Origin: an uncultured archaeon
GTDB lineage: Archaea; Nanohalarchaeota; Nanosalinia; Nanosalinales; Nanoanaerosalinaceae
Assembly: GCA_964517675.1 (NCBI GenBank)
Contig: CAZFEL010000005.1
Location: forward strand, 9,250-73,249
Reading direction: 5' to 3'
Length of the DNA: 64,000 bases
This document shows positions 29,232 through 37,892 of the stretch, piece after piece. The notes beneath the pieces were generated by a model that ran no database searches, was not told the DNA's origin, and saw nothing but the letters and a program-made list of their open reading frames with translations. Made by a program: the position numbers and the translations under genes. The stretch's first letter is position 1, and every line of letters begins with the position of its first letter.

Positions 29232-29717
29232 TCAGTCTGTCCGACGGTACCGCACGATGTCGAACCGATCGCGTTCCTCCCGGCCAATCTCTTTCCATGA
29301 TCGTTCATCCCAGTCAGGGAACCGGGTGTCCCCCTCATAGGACTCATGGAGCTCCGAGAGGATCATCGTATCGGCATGCTCGAGGAACTGCTCATAGATC
29401 GAGGCCCCGCCGATGACGAAGACCTCCTCGTCCAGTTCTCCCGCGGTCTCGATCGCTTCCTCGATCCCGTGGACGTTGATCACGTCGTCCGGCAGGTCGA
29501 GGTCCTCGTGGCTGAGGACGATGTTGGTCCGGCCCGGAAGCGGTCCACCGAGGCCGTCCTCGATGTCCTCCCATGTGGTCTGTCCCATGACGACAGGATG
29601 ACCCGCAGTGGTCTCGCGGAAGTGTTCCTGGTCTTCCGGCAGGTCCCACGGTATCGAGCCACCCCGCCCGATGACCCTGTTTGCCGCGACCGCCGCGATG
29701 AGGATGATCTCTGTCAT
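29232..29717 (-). CDS. folA: Dihydrofolate reductase
   Basis: IAAVAANRVIG, IPWDLPED, MGQTTW, LPGRTNIV, IGGASIY, GDTRFP. Confidence 0.95.
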   Translation of the reverse strand: MTEIILIAAVAANRVIGRGGSIPWDLPEDQEHFRETTAGHPVVMGQTTWEDIEDGLGGPLPGRTNIVLSHEDLDLPDDVINVHGIEEAIETAGELDEEVFVIGGASIYEQFLEHADTMILSELHESYEGDTRFPDWDERSWKEIGREERDRFDIVRYRRTD

Positions 29718-30721
29718 TCTGCCACAGCGAACCTGATCGGTCCATGGCTCTGGTAGTCCTCCAGGTTTATGTCATCGACGGTCAGGTCCTCCATCGGTCT
29801 GCCCTCGACCACGATCGATGGGCGGTCATAGGGCTCCCGGGACAGCTGCTCGAGGAGCCCCGGGACGTGGTCGTGGTTTTTCTCGCCATCAGGCTCGGCC
29901 GGGGCCTCCTCAAGGAGCCAGTCTTTCACCCGGCGGTACCCATCTCGTCCATCGACACCCACCAGCCGGTCCTGGAGTTCATCCAAGCGGTCCGCATAAA
30001 ATCCGGCGCGATCGCCTTTCCCGCAGTACACGTGGGCGTCCACGATCGTGTGCCCGAAGGCCCCGATCTCCAGGCCTGTCCGCTCCGCGATGTAGTGGGT
30101 GAGGGCAGAATAGGACGCGATGTTGAACGGCACCCCCACCGCGATGTCCCCGGAGCGCTGGGTCAGATGGGTGTTGAGCCGTCCGTCCTGGACGTTGAGG
30201 GCGAAGGTGTAATGGCACGGCGGCAGCCGCGAGACCGCAGCATTGGCCGGGTGCCAGGCACTGACAACCATCCTGCGGGAGCGGGGCTCGTCCCGGAGCG
30301 TGTCGATGACATAGCGGAGCTGGTCGAAGGTCCTGCCCTGGGGCTCCTCGTTCACCCAGCGGTGATCGTCCGCCGGCCAGGCCTCACCATCGAGGCTGCC
30401 CTCGGGCAGCGGGAACCGACGCCAGAACCGGCCATAGGCAGTCTCGAGCATCCCGTCCTCATCACTCCATGCGTCCCAGATCGAGGTCTCCTTCCGGAGC
30501 TCCCTGATGTGTTCTTTCCCGGAGAGATACCACAGCAGCTCGTGGACCAGGGCCGACCAGCGGTTCCCGTCCATCTGCTTCGTCGTCAGAAGCGGGAACC
30601 CCTGCTGGAGGTCGATGCGGTAGGACCGAGAAAACGTCGCGATGGTATCGACCGCGGTCCGGTTGGGTTTGTGCGAGCCGTTGCAGAGTGCGTCCGTGAC
30701 GAGGTCGTGGTACTGGTCCAT
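29714..30721 (-). CDS. thyA: Thymidylate synthase ThyA
   Basis: FPLLTTK, ELLWYL, SRRMVVSAW, LPPCH, QRSGD, GVPFNIASY, DAHVY. Confidence 0.95.
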   Translation of the reverse strand: MDQYHDLVTDALCNGSHKPNRTAVDTIATFSRSYRIDLQQGFPLLTTKQMDGNRWSALVHELLWYLSGKEHIRELRKETSIWDAWSDEDGMLETAYGRFWRRFPLPEGSLDGEAWPADDHRWVNEEPQGRTFDQLRYVIDTLRDEPRSRRMVVSAWHPANAAVSRLPPCHYTFALNVQDGRLNTHLTQRSGDIAVGVPFNIASYSALTHYIAERTGLEIGAFGHTIVDAHVYCGKGDRAGFYADRLDELQDRLVGVDGRDGYRRVKDWLLEEAPAEPDGEKNHDHVPGLLEQLSREPYDRPSIVVEGRPMEDLTVDDINLEDYQSHGPIRFAVAE

Positions 30722-30729
30722 CGTATCAC

Positions 30730-31977
30730 CTAGTAACGGATGTCTGTATCATCGTAGATCGGGTGGGTTTCACACAGCTCCGTGACCTCCTTTCGTACCG
30801 CATCCGTCTCGCCGTCGAGGCCGCGGTCGATCAGGTCCCCGATCCGGCAGAACTGCTGTTCCTCCAGTCCACGCGTGGTCAGGGCCGGGACCCCGATGCG
30901 GATGCCGGAGGTCACCCGTGGCGGGCGGTCGTCGTACGGTATCATGTTCTTGTTGACGACGATACCAGCCTCCTCGAGGCGCTTCTCTGCCTCTTTCCCT
31001 GTCATCTCCCGGGAGGTCATGTCCGCCAGCACGAGGTGGGTATCGGTCCCCCCGCTGACCAGCCGGATGCCGTGGTCCCGGAGCCGCTCCGCCAGGGCAT
31101 CGGCGTTGGCACGGATCTGGCGCTGGTAGGCCTCGAAGTCCTCCTCCTGGGCCAGTCCGAAGGAGACCGCCTTGGCCGCGACCTGGTGCATCAGCGGGCC
31201 GCCCTGGCTGTGCGGGAAGACACCGTGGTCGATGTCATCGGCGAGGTCGTCCTGGCACATGATCATCCCGCCCCGGGCGCCCCGGAGGGTCTTGTGGGTC
31301 GTCGTGGTGACGATGTCACAGGCCGGGAACGGGTCCGGGTGGATGCCAGCAGCGACCAGCCCGGCGATGTGGGCGATATCCGCCATCAGGTACGCATCCG
31401 TGGCATCCGCGGCCTCCCGGAACGCCTCGAAAGGCACCTCCCGGGGGTACGCGGAGAAGCCACAGACGATGAGGTCCGGATCGGTCTCCTCGGCGGCAGC
31501 GATGATGTCCCCGTGCTCGAACCGCTCGGTCCGTTCGTTGATCGCGTAGGTCTCGAAGTCGAAGAGGTTCCCGGAGAAGTTGACCCCGTGGCCATGGCTG
31601 AGATGGCCGCCGTGGTCCAGGACCGGGCCGAGGACGGTATCGCCGGCCTCGAGGACGGAGAAATACGCCGCGAAGTTGGCCTGGGAGCCCGAATGGGGCT
31701 GGACGTTGACGTGGTCCGCCCCGAAGAGCTCGGCCCCACGGTCCCGTGCCAAATCCTCGATCGCATCGTGGTGCTGACAGCCGGCGTAGTACCGCTCGCC
31801 AGGATAGCCTTCCGCATACTTGTTGGTCAGGATCGATCCCTGGGCCTGGAGGACCTCCTGGGGGACGAAGTTCTCGGAGGCGATCATCTCGAGGCCGCCC
31901 CGCTCCTGTCTGTCCTTCTCGTTTTTGAGTATGTCATGTATCTCGGGGTCTGCGTGTCGTAGGTCTCTGTGTTCCAT
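30730..31977 (-). CDS. glyA: Serine hydroxymethyltransferase
   Basis: MIASENF, NKYAEGYPG, HGGHLSHG, TTTHKTLRGARGG, SGIRIG. Confidence 0.97.
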   Translation of the reverse strand: MEHRDLRHADPEIHDILKNEKDRQERGGLEMIASENFVPQEVLQAQGSILTNKYAEGYPGERYYAGCQHHDAIEDLARDRGAELFGADHVNVQPHSGSQANFAAYFSVLEAGDTVLGPVLDHGGHLSHGHGVNFSGNLFDFETYAINERTERFEHGDIIAAAEETDPDLIVCGFSAYPREVPFEAFREAADATDAYLMADIAHIAGLVAAGIHPDPFPACDIVTTTTHKTLRGARGGMIMCQDDLADDIDHGVFPHSQGGPLMHQVAAKAVSFGLAQEEDFEAYQRQIRANADALAERLRDHGIRLVSGGTDTHLVLADMTSREMTGKEAEKRLEEAGIVVNKNMIPYDDRPPRVTSGIRIGVPALTTRGLEEQQFCRIGDLIDRGLDGETDAVRKEVTELCETHPIYDDTDIRY

Positions 31978-32328
31978 GCTCGTTCCTCGCTGGCCGGGGG
32001 AGATAGGATGGAAGGGAAAAAATCGGATGGTATCGCGGCGGTATCAGGCGGGATCGTCGGGCGGGCGGTGCCCGCGGTCGGTGGCCTGTGCGGGCATGAT
32101 GTGGCGTCCTCCCTCCGTGCCGAGAACGGGATGGTACCGCGGGTTTGGTCCGTCAGGTGCCGCCGTCCGCCGGTGTTCCGTGGTCTGGACCATCGTGTCG
32201 TACCTGTACATCAATAGTGTCGTACCCGTGAAGTATGTTGGACGACAGTAGATGTCACCACTGTGCGCACACCGGTCCGGCCACAAAGCATAAATGGGTC
32301 AGCCCCGCTGGGGTTACTACGACAGTGT

Positions 32329-32475
32329 GCCCGGGTGGCCGGATCCGGCGAACCGTCTGCGGTTCGACCGGTCGAGAAACCGCCAGGTTTTGACGGAGCC
32401 ACCCGGCGACAGCACCCACACAATGCCCGGGTGGGGGAGAACACGCACCTATCGGTGCTCAATCCGCTCACCCGG
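32329..32475 (+). repeat. Two hairpins, each beginning with the tRNA-Ser 5' decamer GCCCGGGTGG
   Basis: Decamer at 32329, 32425 and 32501; stems 32331-32339/32398-32406 and 32427-32433/32469-32475. Confidence 0.7.
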
Positions 32476-32500
32476 AAAAATTCACAAGGAAAAGAGCAAT

Positions 32501-32690
32501 GCCCGGGTGGCGGAGTCTGGCCCATCGCGGCGGATTCGAGCCTTGTATCGTCCTCGAACGCTGACGGTCGCAACCACGACCGGATGATCTCACGAGGAAC
32601 CCGTCACGTCCCTATATCAACGTCACAGGGGCGGCAAGCTAATTATCCGTTGGGCGTGAGCCCTCGCAGGTTCAAATCCTGCCCCGGGCG
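32501..32690 (+). tRNA. tRNA-Ser(CGA) with 104-nt intron at position 37/38
   Basis: Acceptor GCCCGGG/CCCGGGC, G73, anticodon stem GCGGA/TCCGT, long variable arm, T-arm GCAGG-TTCAAAT-CCTGC; CCA not encoded. Confidence 0.92.
32541..32644 (+). other. tRNA intron with relaxed bulge-helix-bulge junction and internal K-turn
   Basis: CTTG/CAAG outer helix, TTCG/CTAA central helix (one mismatch), CTGA-CGGTCG..CGACCG-GAT-GA. Confidence 0.8.
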
Positions 32691-32778
32691 CTCGCAGTTT
32701 CGCGAGGAGAAACAGACGGTTCGCTCCGCGAACCGACTAGAAAGATTCGCCTTCTCGCCGAGAAGCCTCGTATCAGAC

Positions 32779-32794
32779 CCTGCCCCGGGCGCTC
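32779..32794 (+). repeat. Duplicated tRNA-Ser 3' end (att-like); a more degenerate copy lies at 32921-32939
   Basis: CCTGCCCCGGGCGCTC is identical to 32678-32693; GTTCAACTCCTGCCCCTGG matches the T-arm at 17/19. Confidence 0.85.
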
Positions 32795-32991
32795 CAAGTC
32801 TTCCGGAGTACTCCCAAATCACAGATCTGGTGCGGACCTAGCACCCTCCGGTTGCGAGTAAAAGAGAAGGGCTGTCCTCCGGACACCCCGACAGAACGTT
32901 CCTCCCGCGTGACTGTAGGCGTTCAACTCCTGCCCCTGGTTTCAGTCTGGTACACAACTATAATATAGCCGCATCAAGCACCCATGTAATA

Positions 32992-34926
32992 GTGCCTGTC
33001 ATAACGTACCGCGGTATTACGCTGACCGTACTGGCCCTCCTTGCGGTAACAGGGATAGCTGCTCCGGTTACTGCAGGCAGTAGTGTTGGAGAAAGTGTTT
33101 ATGCAGAAGATATCGACGGAACACAATCCCGTACGACACAGCGCGTGACGTTCCCTGTACGGATGGAGAATCAGAGCATCGCCGAGTTCTCAGTCGATAC
33201 ATCAGATCTTCCAGACGGTATCAGCATTACAGAGGCACAGGTATCGATCTCTGGTAGATGGACAGGGACGGTGAAAAGCTCCAGCCAAGACCGCACCGTG
33301 GTCACGGTCGATAGCGGCGGTGCCAACGGGCAGGTCGGTGTTGAGATCGTATTCGAACTGAATATTGTGGAAAGAACATCTACAACACCGGTAACGTATA
33401 CAGTGACCGCCGCAGAGAGCGGCGACATCACGGACACGACATTCAGAGTAAAGAAGGAACAAAAACCAGACGATAGAAACCAGACGGCAGATGATACCGG
33501 TCAAACCGAAAATGCCCAGGCCGTCGTCTATATCCGCGTCCTAGATCCTGAAGGCAACCCGATTCCACCGGAAGAAGCTGAAGTCGGAGCCAAGAGCAGA
33601 TACAGGACATGGGGTGGAGGCCCGGTAGTGAATGGAACCATCCGGGTCAGCGCTCCACCCGGCACCCGGACGCTCTTTGCAGATGCCGACGGCTACGCTA
33701 CCGGGAAGCTACACGACGTGACCGTGGAGAAAGGAACACGGGAAGAGCCGTACGACATCAAGCTCCGAGACGGCGGTACGTATAAAGGCGTGGTTCGTGG
33801 AACGAACGGCGAGCCTGTTCAAGGTGCAACAGTGCCGATAGAAGATACAGAAGGGTTCGTATATCTCCCAAAGACGGATGCCAATGGCCGGTACACAATA
33901 ACCCTCGCCAGCGGATCCTACAGCGCTCGCGTCCGGAAACAGGGCCGTGGTGTCAGCGATGAAGGGGATGTTTTCACCATCAGCTCTCCGGACGATGTCG
34001 TAACGAACGACTTCACGATCAAAACCCCCTCCATCATATCCGGAAGCCTCCGACACATAAACGGCACTAAACCCAACATGGATGCTTTCAACCTACAGAC
34101 CGAAACAACTGGCGGCCTTGTATGGGTCGAGATTGGTCCCAGTGCGGCCGGAGATAGCCAAGAGGAAAAGTACACCCCACAGGACCTTTCCGCCTTTGGC
34201 GTGGATGAGACCACCACGTTCGAAATAACAGTAACTGTCAACAACTTCGAGCCCGACTCCCTGCTCTGGGCTGCCCGTGACATCAAGTGGGAGACAGAAC
34301 ACACACCAGACGGTAATGTCAATATTACAGTCCGGACGAAACCTGTCCACATGGAGATGATCGACGGCGTGCATAGAGGGCCGACCGCCGATGCCAGCAA
34401 CGTCAACTGGCCGTCAGATGATGGTGCAGATACCAGCTACGAGCAGGTCGTCCAGTTCGGCATCATCGAGATGGGTGGTCTCCCCCCGGACGTCAGACAG
34501 GCCCTTCAAGGGATGAGTGCGACCACGAACGCACAGACATTCGGGTTCCCACAAATAGATGACGGCGAACTATCCATCTATCTTGGCGCCCCTAGCAGAC
34601 AGGTGGACGGCGACCAGCACACCGGCTTTTACAGGGTCTTCCTTCCTGATCGCTTGCTGAAGAAATGGGATATAGACAACCCGAAGCACGACCTCCAGAC
34701 AATGTGGAAAGGAAACGACACATCATTCACCGTTGAAGAGGTCGATAATGGGGCCTATATCAAGATTGATCCGATCACCTATTCGGACGGCACGATGACA
34801 GTCCGCTCCACGACATACAGCAAATCACTTCTGGACCGACTCCCGAGCATCCGCAGCATCACCTACACTGCCGGACAACTGTGGCGCGACCTCCGCATCC
34901 GGGCAGCGTTGCATCTCCCTCTGTAG
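32992..34926 (+). CDS. Secreted/surface protein with Ig-like carboxypeptidase-regulatory-type repeats
   Basis: Signal peptide, Thr/Gly/Val-rich beta content, GEPVQGATV...TDANGRYTITLASGSY; visibly lower GC than the flanks. Confidence 0.75.
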   Translation: MPVITYRGITLTVLALLAVTGIAAPVTAGSSVGESVYAEDIDGTQSRTTQRVTFPVRMENQSIAEFSVDTSDLPDGISITEAQVSISGRWTGTVKSSSQDRTVVTVDSGGANGQVGVEIVFELNIVERTSTTPVTYTVTAAESGDITDTTFRVKKEQKPDDRNQTADDTGQTENAQAVVYIRVLDPEGNPIPPEEAEVGAKSRYRTWGGGPVVNGTIRVSAPPGTRTLFADADGYATGKLHDVTVEKGTREEPYDIKLRDGGTYKGVVRGTNGEPVQGATVPIEDTEGFVYLPKTDANGRYTITLASGSYSARVRKQGRGVSDEGDVFTISSPDDVVTNDFTIKTPSIISGSLRHINGTKPNMDAFNLQTETTGGLVWVEIGPSAAGDSQEEKYTPQDLSAFGVDETTTFEITVTVNNFEPDSLLWAARDIKWETEHTPDGNVNITVRTKPVHMEMIDGVHRGPTADASNVNWPSDDGADTSYEQVVQFGIIEMGGLPPDVRQALQGMSATTNAQTFGFPQIDDGELSIYLGAPSRQVDGDQHTGFYRVFLPDRLLKKWDIDNPKHDLQTMWKGNDTSFTVEEVDNGAYIKIDPITYSDGTMTVRSTTYSKSLLDRLPSIRSITYTAGQLWRDLRIRAALHLPL

Positions 34927-35230
34927 ATAGACAACGGTCGCATACCTACCTTTTCACAATCGGCATGCACCGTAGGAGATTCATCGACAGCTTGTGATGA
35001 ACGCGACGAGAAGCGAGAAAGGGAACCCAGGACCGGGCTGATCGTCGTAAACGTCTCCACTGAACGTACCCCTCTGCACAGAGGCAGCGAAGCTAGAAAC
35101 GCTAAGGAGCGCTACCCTGCTAACACTGTGTCCGAAGCTGCTGGCGCAATCGCCAACCCCATACCGGACTCACGCAGCTTGTATAACTAACCCTCTGACA
35201 CGCTCCTCAGCGACACCCGTCCTGTTGCGT

Positions 35231-35632
35231 TCAGCAGAACTCGCAGGTATCGTTATGCTCTTCCTCTGCGTCCTGTGCCTGTTCGTGGTGCTCCATCTCT
35301 CCGCTCCCGGTCTCCAAGTCGAGCCCTGCCTGCTTCCACCGGGCCTTGCCGCCCTTGAAATCGGTGACGTTCGTGAAGCCGAGGTCATGGAACTTCTCAT
35401 CCGCCTTCACACTGGCCTGGCAAACGTAGCTGGCACAGTAGAGGACAATATCCTCATCCGTGTCCAGTTCGTCCTCGGCCCGGTCCTCAATCTCGTTGAG
35501 CGGCATACTGATGGCGCCGGGGATGTGTCCGTCCTCGTACTGGTCCTGACCGAGCACCTCGATGAGCGTGAAATCGTCGTTGTTCTCCCGTTTTTCCAAC
35601 AGTGTCTCCAGGGTGATGAATTCTGTGCGCAT
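35231..35632 (-). CDS. Rhodanese-like domain protein
   Basis: YEDGHIPGA, VLYCAS, FKGGKARW; C-terminal CEFC. Confidence 0.85.
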   Translation of the reverse strand: MRTEFITLETLLEKRENNDDFTLIEVLGQDQYEDGHIPGAISMPLNEIEDRAEDELDTDEDIVLYCASYVCQASVKADEKFHDLGFTNVTDFKGGKARWKQAGLDLETGSGEMEHHEQAQDAEEEHNDTCEFC

Positions 35633-35666
35633 GGTGGTTCACGTATCAACATTCTCCTCCATCAGT

Positions 35667-36197
35667 TTATAAGCCCGGGTCGATCCTCTCGACGGTACAG
35701 GTCTGGCTGCGTCCGGTATATTCCAGCGCACCCAGCATAATGGCGATGCTAACTGCCTGGACTCCCAGCCCGTTGAACGGCAGCAGTGCGACACCGCCGG
35801 ACAGCCCAAGCAACGTCAGGACGCCCGCACCGCAGCTCGCGCATCCCGCAGCGGAGAACCCGACAAGGCTGCCTCCCACACCGGAGAGCGATCCAGTCAC
35901 CGTATAGCTCGCGAGGAGGGAGAGACCCGTGGTAACGGTGACGATACCGGCAAGTACTGCGATGACGGCCGGGAACACGAGACCGAGCACGCCGTGCGTC
36001 GCGTACTGGTTCCAGATGAGCAACGGCAGCATCTCCGTCCACAGGTAGGTGACATCAGCCATCAGCAGCTGCATCGAATACGTTGGCCGGGTGAGCAGAA
36101 GGAACAGGACGAACACGACCATACTCACTGCCGTGGTAGCGGTGGTCCGTTTCCAGTTCCGGGTCACCTGCCGCAGCGACGCCTTGATGCCGTCCAT
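35667..36197 (-). CDS. Membrane protein with CxxC (GCASCG)
   Basis: Several TM segments, AAGCASCGAG. Confidence 0.75.
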   Translation of the reverse strand: MDGIKASLRQVTRNWKRTTATTAVSMVVFVLFLLLTRPTYSMQLLMADVTYLWTEMLPLLIWNQYATHGVLGLVFPAVIAVLAGIVTVTTGLSLLASYTVTGSLSGVGGSLVGFSAAGCASCGAGVLTLLGLSGGVALLPFNGLGVQAVSIAIMLGALEYTGRSQTCTVERIDPGL

Positions 36198-37070
36198 TCA
36201 ACTCACCTGTCGGATAGCGTTCCGGAACTGCGACACAGGCTGTGGCCCGACCAGTTTCACAGAGTTGCCTGTCTCCTGGTTGTAGATGATGAACGACGGG
36301 GTGCCACGGATCCCCTGCTTCCGGCCCTCATCCAGGTCCTCCTGCACTTCTCCGCTGTACGTATCCTGGTTCAACGCGGTCCGCACCTTCTCAACGTCGA
36401 TCCCATCGATCTGACCGGTGAGTTCCAGGATGTTCTGCTGTGACGCCCAGCCGGACCCTTCCCTGCCCTGGTTGTCGTATATGTGTGCATGCCATTCCCA
36501 GAAGGCTTGCGGGTCGCTGTCCTTGACCTGGTCCCACACCGCCTGTGAGGCCTGCGCAGGTATCGGTGACTTCGGGGTGATGACCGGGAAGTTCTTCTTC
36601 ACGAACATGGCCTCGCCGGCATCGATGACCTGCTGTCTCAGCCGTGGGAAGGAACGCTGCTCAAACGCGCGGCAGGACGGGCACGTGTAGTCGCCGAAAT
36701 AGTAGATCGTCGTCGAGGCGCTGGAATCGCCGAGTACAGGATCATCCGTCGACAGGCTGATACCGCTGCCGGTAGCCGCACCTGTCCCCCCCGTGCTCCC
36801 GCTGCTACCGCCAAACGCAAACAAAGCGCCGACACCGAGGAGTGCAACCAGACCAGCCACAAGATACGTCTTGTTGATACCGAGCACTGCATTAGCGAGA
36901 TCGCTCCGGTGCGTCTTCCGGTGGTCCTGCAGCAGTTCATCCGAGCCGAACCGTTCGCCGCAGTCCGGACACTCCGACAGCTTGCTGTGGTCATAGTCCT
37001 CCATATGCTGTTCCAGAGCCTCTTCGGAGCCGAAGGATGTGCCGCATTTCTCACAGTCGTGTCCGCCCAT
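36198..37070 (-). CDS. DsbA-like thioredoxin-fold protein with two N-terminal C2H2-type zinc fingers and a TM helix
   Basis: CEKC..F..EEALEQH and CPDC..F..DELLQDH; GDYTCPSC active site; GTPSF cis-Pro loop. Confidence 0.85.
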   Translation of the reverse strand: MGGHDCEKCGTSFGSEEALEQHMEDYDHSKLSECPDCGERFGSDELLQDHRKTHRSDLANAVLGINKTYLVAGLVALLGVGALFAFGGSSGSTGGTGAATGSGISLSTDDPVLGDSSASTTIYYFGDYTCPSCRAFEQRSFPRLRQQVIDAGEAMFVKKNFPVITPKSPIPAQASQAVWDQVKDSDPQAFWEWHAHIYDNQGREGSGWASQQNILELTGQIDGIDVEKVRTALNQDTYSGEVQEDLDEGRKQGIRGTPSFIIYNQETGNSVKLVGPQPVSQFRNAIRQVS

Positions 37071-37076
37071 TGGTTC

Positions 37077-37319
37077 TCACAGCTGTTGTCGTACGTCGTC
37101 CACGATGCGTTCGATAACGGTATCAGGGTCATAATCGTCCTCGCCGCTGTGGAAGACGTGGTCGCCGTCCACGCTGACGATGACCACCCCACCGTGTCCT
37201 GGAGTCAGAGAGACCTGATCAACGTCCTCCTCGACAGCGGCAAGGATTGCTTCCTGGATATTGACCGCTTGGTCCCGCATCCCACAGGGGACGCAGTATT
37301 CGATGTCGATAGTGCTCAT
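37077..37319 (-). CDS. SelT/SelW/SelH (Rdx) family protein
   Basis: IEYCVPCG, LTPGHGGV. Confidence 0.85.
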   Translation of the reverse strand: MSTIDIEYCVPCGMRDQAVNIQEAILAAVEEDVDQVSLTPGHGGVVIVSVDGDHVFHSGEDDYDPDTVIERIVDDVRQQL

Positions 37320-37389
37320 GAGGTATCACGTAGATACTTAATAGTTAACAGTTACTTTTTATACTGGTCAGATACCGGACAGTGAACCC

Positions 37390-37405
37390 GTTACCCTGTG
37401 GTAAC
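37390..37405. promoter_or_regulatory. Inverted repeat, candidate HxlR-family operator
   Basis: GTTACC-CTGT-GGTAAC immediately before the regulator ATG in the divergent promoter region. Confidence 0.45.
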
Positions 37406-37407
37406 CC

Positions 37408-37758
37408 ATGAGCGCTGAACAACCCTGTATGGAGATGGACTGCCAGGGCGCAGACTGGTGTGCAATCACCTGCGCAGCCAGCCTGGTTGGGCGGAAGTGG
37501 CATCCGGTCATCATCCACCGCCTCCTGGTGTATGGCCCGCTCCGGTTCAACGAGCTGAAAGCGGAGATCGACGGCATCACCAACAAGGTACTGTCCAGCA
37601 ACCTAGAAGCACTTGAAGACAACGGCCTCCTCAACCGGGAGATTGCGAACGAGAAACCGGTCCGGGTCGAATACTCTCTTACTGAACTGGGAACCTCCCT
37701 TGAACCGGTCATCACCGCCCTACAGGAGTGGGGCGAGGAACACCTCACACCACCGTAG
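37408..37758 (+). CDS. HxlR/DUF24 family winged-helix regulator with N-terminal cysteines
   Basis: LVGRKWHPVII, RFNELK, ITNKVLSSNL, RVEYSLTELG. Confidence 0.9.
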   Translation: MSAEQPCMEMDCQGADWCAITCAASLVGRKWHPVIIHRLLVYGPLRFNELKAEIDGITNKVLSSNLEALEDNGLLNREIANEKPVRVEYSLTELGTSLEPVITALQEWGEEHLTPP

Positions 37759-37892
37759 AAGACAGCCGGTCCACGGTTCAGTAGCGGAACGCTCCTCACA
37801 ATCGTGATCGTGCTCCGAACCTGCCCTGCCACCAACTACCGTAGGACCGTACGGACGAGTACACAGATGCGGGCCGGCCGACCGGCCCCCGC

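Noticed and set aside
31980-32290. ZMP/ZTP riboswitch upstream of glyA; 80-aa ORF 32044-32286
   Set aside because: Only a CCGCCCGCC fragment resembles the 3' element and the GACUGGCG 5' element is absent; the ORF is Pro/Arg-rich and unlike real genes here
32329-32510. CRISPR mini-array
   Set aside because: The repeat is only 10-14 bp, spacing is uneven (96 and 76 bp) and there are no cas genes in the window
34994-35065. Box C/D sRNA (GTGATGA followed by two CTGA)
   Set aside because: C-to-D' spacing of about 37 nt and no clear C' box do not fit archaeal C/D geometry
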